48,707 bases of DNA from IMG/VR virus record IMGVR_UViG_3300025628_000001. One strand, given 5' to 3'. The stretch comes from a virus. Positions 22,664 through 31,302 of the stretch are shown one piece after another (positions within the stretch are counted from its first letter, which is position 1; every line of letters begins with the position of its first letter). A program made the position numbers and the translations under genes. Below the pieces are notes generated by a model that was not told the origin of the DNA, made no database searches, and saw nothing but the letters and a program-made list of their open reading frames with translations.

Positions 22664-24466
22664 TTATTTAACTACCTTAGTCAATGCTTTCATAAATTCA
22701 TTCCAGTCAAGAGGCAGTTCATATGGCAATCGGCCATAAGGGCCACGACCACCACCCGGATGAGCTGGTCTTTTCTGGGTGAACAGAAATCGGGATCCAC
22801 CAGTTACGTCAATACCGCGTTTCTTTTCCTGTCCAAACCCTTTGTCTTCTTTCTGCACCTTAACTTTAGTGTTGCAAAACAGAATTACATCTGCCCAACG
22901 AAAAAGCATATTTACGGCTTTCTCGTTAATGTCAAGAATGTACTGATCGTAGCTGTCACCGGATGGATCGTCAAAGCGTTTAACCTTAACATGTCCGATA
23001 ATAATACTGGACATCCCTTTGTGGCTTCTCAGGGCGTCCAACCCTTCTGTGAGCTGTCTCCAATAGTTCACTGATTCGGTGTATCCTTTGCCATACCCAC
23101 CGCCAACGGCCTCAATATTCTTTACGTTTGCAGCGTCGCAAACAGCGTTCCAGACAAGAGGCTCCATCGCGCTTGCGCTGTCTAAAACTACGGTTCTGTG
23201 CTCATGTTCTTCGGAGTAAAGGGATCCAAGTGCTTCGATAATATCTTCAAATTTATTGCAAACTGGAAACTTTGGGATTTCCAAGTCGTCTGCTCCCTCT
23301 TCACCTTTCATCGATAATAGGATAGGAGCGTTCAAGCCGGTCTTGAATATTTTATTGTCCTTAAATTGCGTTCCGCAGGAAAAGGTCGTGTTGTGTGTTA
23401 CGACCAAATCTCGTCCCGCTAGATAGGTGTGAGAGGGTGAATCGACGGATATACATTTAACAGGGACGGACTTTACAGGTGTAACGGAGACGATAGCATC
23501 TTTATTGGCTTTCCTTCTGGAGTTTTTTGTTTTAAAGCAGTTAAACTTAAACTTTGAAAACCTAAAAGGATTTTCTTTCGGGAAAAATGCTACACGAAAA
23601 TTGGGCCCACAATCTTTGCCATTAAGTTTTGCACGACATCTTGTAATAGATGCTTTGACCCCGAGAGATCGAAGCAGTTCGATAAATCCGTCACAGAGAC
23701 ACTCTTTGACCGTTGAGAATTCACACTGGCCTTTGTTGTTGTCGTAGCAACATCCGTCAGTATCCATGAGCCCAGCCAGCAAGCTTCTCCTGTCTTCTTC
23801 GGTACTTTCCCAAACTGAAGCATGGGGGATGTGCTTATTGCCTAGCAGGTTTCTGTTTCTTAGTTTTACTTTAAGACCTAAGATCGTAGAAGTCTTGCAG
23901 CCAGCAGTTTGGTATGGTTTACCAGTTGATCCCAAATTATTTCCAATTAGAGCGTCCCTGTCTGATATTGTTACTCGACCATCGCTAGAACTTCCATCTC
24001 CGAGCCAAACTCCCAAAACATATGGGTCAATGCCTATTACTGAAGTCTTCTTTATCTTGAGCGGGAGCGTGATTGGGACTGCATGATTGTAACGATCTCC
24101 GTTGGGAGGTCTAAGGGTCTTAAGGATTTGGCCTGTAGTCAACACTCGTTCTTTATTGTCCCGTATCGACCTTGTGAGCCATTGATGCTCTTTATCGGCT
24201 ATCAATGAGGCCCCGCTCTTAAACTTCACTTCATAGCAGGTTCGTTTTTCCATGATACCCGTCACATCGGTAACGCGTACCATGCTGCCGTCTCTATCAA
24301 AGACATAATCCCCTCTTTTAATAAATTTCAGTGGTTGCCATCCCCTGTTTGTAAAAATTGGGGTATTGTAGTCGAGAGCCTTCCCGATCTTTTCAACACC
24401 TAGAACCAGGATCCTTGGTGCTCTTAAAATTGTTTCTTTTTTAATACTGTTAAGGTCAAACGTCAT
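22664..24466 (-). CDS. Sak4-like RecA-fold (AAA_24) recombination ATPase interrupted by an intein (270-aa extein plus 330-aa intein)
   Basis: The Walker A is split as LVLGVEKIGK | intein | TTFSCG. The C-extein carries VVLDSASAMEP (Walker B-like) and SIIIGHVK. Confidence 0.8.
   Translation of the reverse strand: MTFDLNSIKKETILRAPRILVLGVEKIGKALDYNTPIFTNRGWQPLKFIKRGDYVFDRDGSMVRVTDVTGIMEKRTCYEVKFKSGASLIADKEHQWLTRSIRDNKERVLTTGQILKTLRPPNGDRYNHAVPITLPLKIKKTSVIGIDPYVLGVWLGDGSSSDGRVTISDRDALIGNNLGSTGKPYQTAGCKTSTILGLKVKLRNRNLLGNKHIPHASVWESTEEDRRSLLAGLMDTDGCCYDNNKGQCEFSTVKECLCDGFIELLRSLGVKASITRCRAKLNGKDCGPNFRVAFFPKENPFRFSKFKFNCFKTKNSRRKANKDAIVSVTPVKSVPVKCISVDSPSHTYLAGRDLVVTHNTTFSCGTQFKDNKIFKTGLNAPILLSMKGEEGADDLEIPKFPVCNKFEDIIEALGSLYSEEHEHRTVVLDSASAMEPLVWNAVCDAANVKNIEAVGGGYGKGYTESVNYWRQLTEGLDALRSHKGMSSIIIGHVKVKRFDDPSGDSYDQYILDINEKAVNMLFRWADVILFCNTKVKVQKEDKGFGQEKKRGIDVTGGSRFLFTQKRPAHPGGGRGPYGRLPYELPLDWNEFMKALTKVVK
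23390..24379 (-). mobile_element. Intein with a LAGLIDADG homing-endonuclease domain; class-3-type signature
   Basis: It starts ALDYNTPIFTNRG (Ala1, block A). Block B is GASLIADKEHQWLT. The two LAGLIDADG motifs are LGVWLGDGSSSDG and LLAGLMDTDGCC. Block F is VKCISVDSPSHTYLA. It ends VVTHN followed by Thr+1. Confidence 0.8.
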
Positions 24467-24677
24467 TGTTAGTAACTCCTTCCCTTTCCTCTTTTAACTG
24501 CTGTTTGGCGAATATAATGATTTTAAGCTTGCTAATATCACCCCACCTAATTCTATGCGCACACGATTGAATGTACTGGAGTAGCAAAAAAGTTCTTGAC
24601 GATCTTACACAGGTAGAATGTTTGTTTTGACCTAATTTAGAAAGAAAAGTCCTTTCGTTCGACGTTGTGTATCTCAT
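24456..24677 (-). CDS. Possible small basic protein (73 aa)
   Basis: Track ORF with GGAGGTG 4 nt upstream of the ATG. It overlaps the Sak4 start by 11 nt. There is no functional clue, and the region may simply be a promoter/leader. Confidence 0.35.
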   Translation of the reverse strand: MRYTTSNERTFLSKLGQNKHSTCVRSSRTFLLLQYIQSCAHRIRWGDISKLKIIIFAKQQLKEEREGVTNNDV

Positions 24678-24696
24678 ACATCACCTCCAAAAATTC

Positions 24697-24767
24697 GGCA
24701 TAAAAAAAGACCGAAATTATAAAGCGGTGTGTGGCCTGCTTCGTAGAAATCGGTCTTTTTTTATGCC
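24697..24767 (-). terminator. Bidirectional rho-independent terminator after the late operon
   Basis: Perfect 18-bp inverted repeat GGCATAAAAAAAGACCGA ... TCGGTCTTTTTTTATGCC with a 35-nt spacer. It gives a GC stem plus a T7 run on both strands. Confidence 0.65.
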
Positions 24768-24853
24768 TATTGTTTGTTTGATCATTAAATATCCCCACAC
24801 GGAATCAAAGTTTAAGCCCGATAAAAACACACTTTCAAAAGTCTGTCAAGATT

Positions 24854-27800
24854 TTATTTTTCATTAAAAATTTTATTTAGATGTCGCATTCTCTTCCAAT
24901 AACTTTTAGTACCTACCTTCCTGCCTGATCGCCTACCGTCAAGAGTAAATATCCAGCGATTCCTGAAAGCAGCTGCAACAAATTTAAAATCATCCTCATA
25001 CTGTGGGTTGTTATGAATCGCGTCAAGAAGCTCTTCTTTCCGAGCCGGTGTAATGTTTGGGTTTGTTAGCTGCCATGCAGCGTTCCGGATGATCTGGACA
25101 TCGCCTTTTACCTGGTCGTCAACTTGTGCCTGAGTTAATTTCAGCTCATAATACATCGCAAGAGATGTCGGGTCCGGATCAATTTCGTTTTTACGTTTCT
25201 TTATCAGCTGGTCCCATGCCTGTGCTCTTTCTTCTTTACTGGAGATAGAAAACACATTAACTGCCTGGTCGAATGATAGCCTTTTAAACGATGCTTTAAA
25301 CGGAGACATTTTGGCCGTGGCTTTGATGTTTTTCTGCTGTCTGGCCGTAAATCCCTCGTAATCCTCTGCAGGGATTATTTTTCCTTTCCGGATGCTATTG
25401 ATTATCTTTCTGCGACGATCTGATTCCTCAGCGTCCGCATGAGAGATGTTACTGCGACCTCCTTTTTCTCGGTTGTAGTCAATCATCCTCTTCTGAGCCG
25501 GTGATCTCGTGATATATGCGGGAGCCGGCGATATTCCGGACGCTCCTATGATCCATGAGACGGACGTTTTCTCTCCGTTCTCATGTAGCTTCATACCGTT
25601 TCTAACAGAAAATGGCATGAACATGTTTTCAACAAAATAAAGCGATCCTTGCGCTAGTCTGGTTAAAGGATCACCTTCTTTGATCTGCCGCCCAAAATAA
25701 TCTTCATTAGTGAGGAGGTCAACTGCAGTACCCCACAAGGGGTTCAGTTTATGTGTGAGCGTCTTCCATGGCTGTGTCATCCACGCCACTATGTCTTTAG
25801 AATAATGTGGGTTAGAAAGCCGCTCAGGGCTTCCGTCGGTATTCTTGCGGCCAGTTTTTGGAAAGTAAAGGTCCTTTGGTTCTTCTGGCGGTTCTCCAGT
25901 AAAAAGATATTGAAGCAACGCGCCCTGAATGGCGTAAGAGATCCCAGCTCCGAAGGCATAACCCATTCTGCGAGTGACAACATCCTGATCGTTGCCAATC
26001 CTTCTCCAGAACGTCGCAGCGTCCACTGCTCCGCCTCCAAACTCCCTTATCGATCCCAACGTCCAACCAGGAGCACGAAAGGCCAGCATAACGATCTCCT
26101 TGACCGTCCTGTTCCAGTTCAGGTTATCATACCGGAGTTGACCCATCCTGTTATCAACATTATCCCATGCACTGGCAAGTTCTGACTGTATCCGGATATC
26201 GTCCCAATCCTTTTTATTGGCCTGTTCATAGACATCGGAAGCCATATGGTAAAAGATCCCTAATTTAAGGCGCGGTACCTCCATCTGCATGATCGGAATA
26301 GAAAGTCCTTCGATCAGAGCCATGGAAGCATGAATCGGTGCTGCCATCGCACCCTTAACTTTGCCAGAAGCATCTTTGCTAAATTTAACATCTCTCAGGG
26401 CCTTAAGTAAATTGCTCCCGGCATTATTCCTGTATGCTGCATCCATGGTCGCACTACCACCGCCATCAATTACGGCCTGAACAATTTTTCTCATAAAAGG
26501 ATCTTCAATCTCGCTAAGTTCCTGCCCCATGGCCTTCATTACTTTGTCGCCGGTAAGATAATCTGAAACCGGAGCTTTCCATGATTTCTTCACCCATTCG
26601 TCGATTGCACCACTAACATCTCCCCTTGAGAGTTTCTGCAGGCCAAGACCAATGTGCGTATTTATACTGTCTGATGCCACATTAATTCCGTGAAACGCGC
26701 TTAAGCCGTGACTTGCCATCAGGGTAACATTCCGCAATTTGCGAAGGCCGTCATAGATGTTTCTGGTGATGAGACTTGGGCTCGAGCCAAGGCCCGGGGA
26801 AAGATGTCTGTTAAGAATTGTTGCGGCTTCTTTAGGTACGGCCCACTTCCCAATTTCAAGAACTCCCGGTTGAGTATGTGTTGACGATCGGGTCCCGAGA
26901 ACTACCGATCTGTCAAGATTCAGCAGTGGTTTTACAATATCGTTATCATTTAAGAAGGTTTTCCATGCTGCAGAGATCTTCGGGGCAACCTTTGCCATTT
27001 TCTCCGGAGCTGCAAGCCATGCTTCAAGAATTACAGCTTCCTTCTCTTCTTTTTTACGGCGGTACCTTTCCCTCGTTTTCCCAAGATCTCCCAGGGTCTC
27101 GTCTCTGAGATCAGCTAGGGCCTGAAATTCTTTCCGGATCGCAGCACGATTAGCAGTTTGCTCGAATTTTATGGGCTGTCCTTCACGTTTACCGCTTTCA
27201 TGTACGCGGCCGATCGTATGGTCGCCATGCAGCATGTAATTAAATAAATCGTACTGGTTTCCGATCTGATGGCCTATTTCATGAGCCAGCACAGATGTTG
27301 GTCCTGCGAATCGAGTCTCTATTTTGTTTTGACCGGGATATGACAAACCCCATACTTGACCGCGCATTTTTGCTACACGTTCATGGGAAACGCCCATTCT
27401 GGTCGCTACGCCCATGAGTTGGTCCACAAGAAGCTTGTCATATGCTTCAGGGAGGGTAAGCTCAGGTGTCACCTTAACTTCCATATCCGGATCGTCAATA
27501 AACTCCCATCCGGCCTTTTTATAATTCTTCTCTAATGAAGACGGAACGAATACAGCCATGCCCAGCTCTTTAAAATCCTGTTTGATCCTCTTGCCGGCAA
27601 CGAAACGATTCATCTCATGAAGTCTTAAAATTGTCATCTCAACCGGATTGTAATGGGCCAACTCAAGGCCAGCATCAAGGCCGTCTTTTAACGTGAGATA
27701 TTTTCTTTTATGAAGGAAGCCTTTCGGGACCAGTCTTCTTTTAGACAGTAATCCGGAAATCACGTCAGAGGCATGTTCTGGTCTTTTAAATAAGTGAGGG

Positions 27801-30800
27801 AAATAATTTTCAATATAATCTTCTAGTGCACCAAACTCCTGAACCCTTTTACGGCCCTTGTCCAACATTTCACGCAGGAGTGCTGCAGCGTCATCCAGTT
27901 CTGTTGTTACTTGAGGACGCGCACCTTTTGGATCCTCCATCTTGTCAATAAAATCAACGATGTCCTCCGGAGCCATCCAGTGAAACTGTTTGCCCGTCTC
28001 ATGAAGCTTGGCCCGTGTCATCTCGTCAAGCTGAGCGGCTTCTGCGGTTCTTTTTCTTTTAACTAATGCCGCGACTTTTCCAATAACCCCACGTTTATGA
28101 GGCATAAGGATCTCCATTACATTGTCGGCAACTTCCCCTGCAGTCATTTTTGCCTGGGCAACTTTAGTCAGGATCTCGTTTGAAGGTTCATTCTGGGAAT
28201 AACTGTCATCATCTGAAACTGCGACGTTTGCGTTTCCGGAGGATCCACCGCCTTTTTTCTTCTTGTCGTCGGGCAGGTCAGTCTGCTTACCCTGTTTCTT
28301 TTTCCTTACTTCGTCAAACTCGAAATCTTCGCCTTTTGCGTCTTTCTTGGCCTGTTCCAAATCTGCTGCAGCGTCGCCATCAGTTTCGGTCTTAAACATT
28401 TTAGGCTGAACAGGCTTTGCCTTCTTTTTCTTACCCTTGTTTTTTTCTTTTTGCTGTTCGAGAATAAGAGGCTCTTTGGTGATATCTTCTCCGGCCTCTA
28501 TTTTTTTATTTAGAGCGTCCTGCCCTTCCTGTAAGCTTTTGTCGAGATCCTCAATGGTAGGTTTTTTCTTTTCCTTGGAAAGAATATCTGCAGTCTTTAC
28601 CAACATGTGTCCGATGTGCTCATGTTCTGTGTTGTTGCCAGTCTTCGGGTCCTCCATTGACCAGCGGCCATCTTCTTTCTTGGTCCCCCTAAACCTGTCA
28701 TTGATGTGGAGCCCTCTTCCGCCCATAACCTGTCTGATGTCAAGATCGTCAAACATGGCAATCTTTTCTAGCTCAGTTTCTGTCAGATTAGGCTCTTTTT
28801 TTTCGTCCTTAAGCTCATAGTCTTCCCGTTTTTTGTCCGGAGCTACTTCTTCACCCGCAGGCTTTTTAACAGCTTCTTGCTTAAGTTTATCAATCTCCCG
28901 CGCTTTTTTAGCAGATTCAGCTTGCAAGAATTCCTCTTCGAAGTTGTCTTCTTTGCCCTGCTCAACCTCTTTTTCTATTTCAGCTTTCCGTTTGTCTTCA
29001 CCCTCAAATGGTTTCTGCTCTTTTCTGTTGTCAATTTTTTCGTGATGTTTAAGCCTCTTGAGCTGTCGTTCTTTTATTGCCAGTTGTGTCTTTAAGTCCC
29101 TTTCTTTTTCTTGCTGTCCAGCGAACCATTTTATAGTTTCGTCGGCGGCTTGATCTGCCTCTTCTTTGGAAAGCCCAGCTTCGATGCTATCTCGGAGAAC
29201 TTCTTCCCGTATGCTTTCTTCCTGAGATCTCTCAGCTTTGCTAATTGCTGTTCGTTCAATGCCTTCATCTGTTAGCTCCTTACTAATATAATTTTCATAC
29301 TCCTGTTGTTGAATATCGGCCTCATCAGATGCCTTCTGTGCGATGTCTCCAATTGCAGAGACTTCTGTTCCGGAATAAGATTCCTCCATTTTCTTAAAAA
29401 AGTCATCGATGTCAGCTTTTCCATGCTCATCTGTCTTGATATATCCTGCTTCGGCCAGAGATTCTGCCATATGGTCAATACTCATTCCACCTTTTTTCCG
29501 GAGAACAGGTCTTCCAACCATTTTGGTGTTAATTCGTTTATCTTTTGACATGTCAGAGATTATGGATCCCCATTGTCCATGAACATCATCAAAGTCTAAA
29601 CCGCCGACCTTTGAAATGTGCTGCAGCATAGTGTCGGGTTTCTTAACCTTTAAGCCTTTACTTTTAATTTTGGATCCGATTTTGTTTCCCGGATCCTCTT
29701 TCTGCCTTTTTTCAATTGCAGAGATCAATTCAGTTTTTTTCATGTTAGTTTTAAGGCCAAGCCCTTTGGCCAGTGCTCTAATTTCTTTAAATGGTTTCGC
29801 CTGCAGGTCAGAGTTTGGTAATACTTTGTCAAGCTGATCTTCCAGATCTGCCGGTTTTTTGTCTTGCACGGCTTCTTGCACGCCCTGTGGAAGTTGCGTC
29901 TCATCACCGGCAGGTTTTATCTTTTCCTGCACTTCAGCTACAGTTTTATCCTCTTCCTTCGCTTGCACGGCTTGCACTTCAGGTGTAATTTTCTCACTCC
30001 CACCAACTCCCACCTCCTCTGTCGTGGGAGTAGTTTCTTCCTCTTCTGACGCCTCAGAAACCAACCCTCTCGCATTGTCAGCAAAAGCCGATCGATCTTC
30101 TTTAGACATCTCCGGGAGACCGTATTTTGCAAAAACCTTCCGGGATGGTTTTTCTTCACGGGCCAACTCTATTGCTTCCCCTGGGTTTTCTGAAACCCAT
30201 GTCGCTGTCCCAAGCTCGGTCTTTAACACTTCTTTCTCAATTTCACGGCCTAAAGCGATTTCTGTGTCCTCTTTTGACTTAGAGGCGCGATGGAGCATGT
30301 TTTTCGTAGTTTCTTTGTCAAGGCCATATGTGTTTGCAAGGGAATCAGTGAAAGCATCACGTTCTTTTAGGTTTTTTTGACCTTTCCATCCTTGATACGT
30401 CCCGGTACCACCAACAGCAAGGAAGGTCTGCATTATCGTGTCAATAGCCGTGTCCCAAAGTGCCTTTGGTTCCAAGGCGTTCGGGTCAATATCGCTTATT
30501 TTCCTATTTGCGCTATGAAGCCCTTCTGTGATTAACTCTTCCGGGGCCTCACGCCCAAGACTTTTCCCGATGTCCTTCATTACCTGCTTAAAGCCTGCTC
30601 TTATGATTTGTTTTCCGCCGCCAAACATTGACTCGAAGCCGCCCCAGCCAAGTTTTTGAAATATGCTGGCAACGGCTCCCTCGATTACTGCAGCCCGACC
30701 GGCATAAAGTAAACGATCTGAACCTTCAAGACCTTTGTCTGTAGCAGTAGTTAAAGCATCATTTCCCTCAAAAAGAGAAAAACCGGCAATGATCCCATAA

Positions 30801-31300
30801 GGACCAGCTCCAGCAAGTCCTGCAGCGGTAATCACAGAGTCAGCTGCACCCCTGACCCATCCGACACCTCTTGCGCCTTTTCTACCAAGTTGTTCTATAT
30901 CTTTCTGCCGAACGCCCTCCTGAAAAGTCTGGTTGGACCGAATCATCTCATCTGCAAGCTCAGGATTGAAAGGCCGATTAGTAAGTGCGGCAACCTTTGA
31001 GATTGTTCCTAAGCCAAGAGCTGAAACCTGCCTCCCGACAAAATTATCAGGAATTAAAGAGATGTCTCTTTCCGTCCGTGCCTGGTCGAGTTTACGATCG
31101 TTTCCCTCAATCCGCATATCAGCTGCAGCAGACGCATTTTCAGCTATTTGTGCTTTCAGGATCGCATTCTCAAAGCCAACAAACTGTTCGGTGTATTTCT
31201 TTTTGTCAGCGTCAGACTCTCCGGCTACAAGATCCTCAGCTGTCAAGCCCATGTCCAGAGACTGCCGTACAAAGTCTTCAGAGAAGTTCTCTTGTCTCAT
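24854..31300 (-). CDS. Giant virion/ejection (polyvalent-type) protein, 2148 aa, with a zincin HExxH metallopeptidase motif
   Basis: It is the last gene of the structural operon. It has a Gly-zipper hydrophobic segment (AAGLAGAGPYGIIAGFSLF), a K/E-rich low-complexity region of about 600 aa, and SVLAHEIGHQIGNQYD in the large C-terminal domain. Confidence 0.7.
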   Translation of the reverse strand: MRQENFSEDFVRQSLDMGLTAEDLVAGESDADKKKYTEQFVGFENAILKAQIAENASAAADMRIEGNDRKLDQARTERDISLIPDNFVGRQVSALGLGTISKVAALTNRPFNPELADEMIRSNQTFQEGVRQKDIEQLGRKGARGVGWVRGAADSVITAAGLAGAGPYGIIAGFSLFEGNDALTTATDKGLEGSDRLLYAGRAAVIEGAVASIFQKLGWGGFESMFGGGKQIIRAGFKQVMKDIGKSLGREAPEELITEGLHSANRKISDIDPNALEPKALWDTAIDTIMQTFLAVGGTGTYQGWKGQKNLKERDAFTDSLANTYGLDKETTKNMLHRASKSKEDTEIALGREIEKEVLKTELGTATWVSENPGEAIELAREEKPSRKVFAKYGLPEMSKEDRSAFADNARGLVSEASEEEETTPTTEEVGVGGSEKITPEVQAVQAKEEDKTVAEVQEKIKPAGDETQLPQGVQEAVQDKKPADLEDQLDKVLPNSDLQAKPFKEIRALAKGLGLKTNMKKTELISAIEKRQKEDPGNKIGSKIKSKGLKVKKPDTMLQHISKVGGLDFDDVHGQWGSIISDMSKDKRINTKMVGRPVLRKKGGMSIDHMAESLAEAGYIKTDEHGKADIDDFFKKMEESYSGTEVSAIGDIAQKASDEADIQQQEYENYISKELTDEGIERTAISKAERSQEESIREEVLRDSIEAGLSKEEADQAADETIKWFAGQQEKERDLKTQLAIKERQLKRLKHHEKIDNRKEQKPFEGEDKRKAEIEKEVEQGKEDNFEEEFLQAESAKKAREIDKLKQEAVKKPAGEEVAPDKKREDYELKDEKKEPNLTETELEKIAMFDDLDIRQVMGGRGLHINDRFRGTKKEDGRWSMEDPKTGNNTEHEHIGHMLVKTADILSKEKKKPTIEDLDKSLQEGQDALNKKIEAGEDITKEPLILEQQKEKNKGKKKKAKPVQPKMFKTETDGDAAADLEQAKKDAKGEDFEFDEVRKKKQGKQTDLPDDKKKKGGGSSGNANVAVSDDDSYSQNEPSNEILTKVAQAKMTAGEVADNVMEILMPHKRGVIGKVAALVKRKRTAEAAQLDEMTRAKLHETGKQFHWMAPEDIVDFIDKMEDPKGARPQVTTELDDAAALLREMLDKGRKRVQEFGALEDYIENYFPHLFKRPEHASDVISGLLSKRRLVPKGFLHKRKYLTLKDGLDAGLELAHYNPVEMTILRLHEMNRFVAGKRIKQDFKELGMAVFVPSSLEKNYKKAGWEFIDDPDMEVKVTPELTLPEAYDKLLVDQLMGVATRMGVSHERVAKMRGQVWGLSYPGQNKIETRFAGPTSVLAHEIGHQIGNQYDLFNYMLHGDHTIGRVHESGKREGQPIKFEQTANRAAIRKEFQALADLRDETLGDLGKTRERYRRKKEEKEAVILEAWLAAPEKMAKVAPKISAAWKTFLNDNDIVKPLLNLDRSVVLGTRSSTHTQPGVLEIGKWAVPKEAATILNRHLSPGLGSSPSLITRNIYDGLRKLRNVTLMASHGLSAFHGINVASDSINTHIGLGLQKLSRGDVSGAIDEWVKKSWKAPVSDYLTGDKVMKAMGQELSEIEDPFMRKIVQAVIDGGGSATMDAAYRNNAGSNLLKALRDVKFSKDASGKVKGAMAAPIHASMALIEGLSIPIMQMEVPRLKLGIFYHMASDVYEQANKKDWDDIRIQSELASAWDNVDNRMGQLRYDNLNWNRTVKEIVMLAFRAPGWTLGSIREFGGGAVDAATFWRRIGNDQDVVTRRMGYAFGAGISYAIQGALLQYLFTGEPPEEPKDLYFPKTGRKNTDGSPERLSNPHYSKDIVAWMTQPWKTLTHKLNPLWGTAVDLLTNEDYFGRQIKEGDPLTRLAQGSLYFVENMFMPFSVRNGMKLHENGEKTSVSWIIGASGISPAPAYITRSPAQKRMIDYNREKGGRSNISHADAEESDRRRKIINSIRKGKIIPAEDYEGFTARQQKNIKATAKMSPFKASFKRLSFDQAVNVFSISSKEERAQAWDQLIKKRKNEIDPDPTSLAMYYELKLTQAQVDDQVKGDVQIIRNAAWQLTNPNITPARKEELLDAIHNNPQYEDDFKFVAAAFRNRWIFTLDGRRSGRKVGTKSYWKRMRHLNKIFNEK

Positions 31301-31302
31301 TT

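Noticed and set aside
28180-30380. Plus-strand track ORFs inside the giant gene (for example 28437..28820 and 29859..30380), which are Ser/Phe/Leu-rich.
   Set aside because: They are antisense shadows of the K/E-rich (AAG/GAA) coding region. They have no RBS and low-complexity products.
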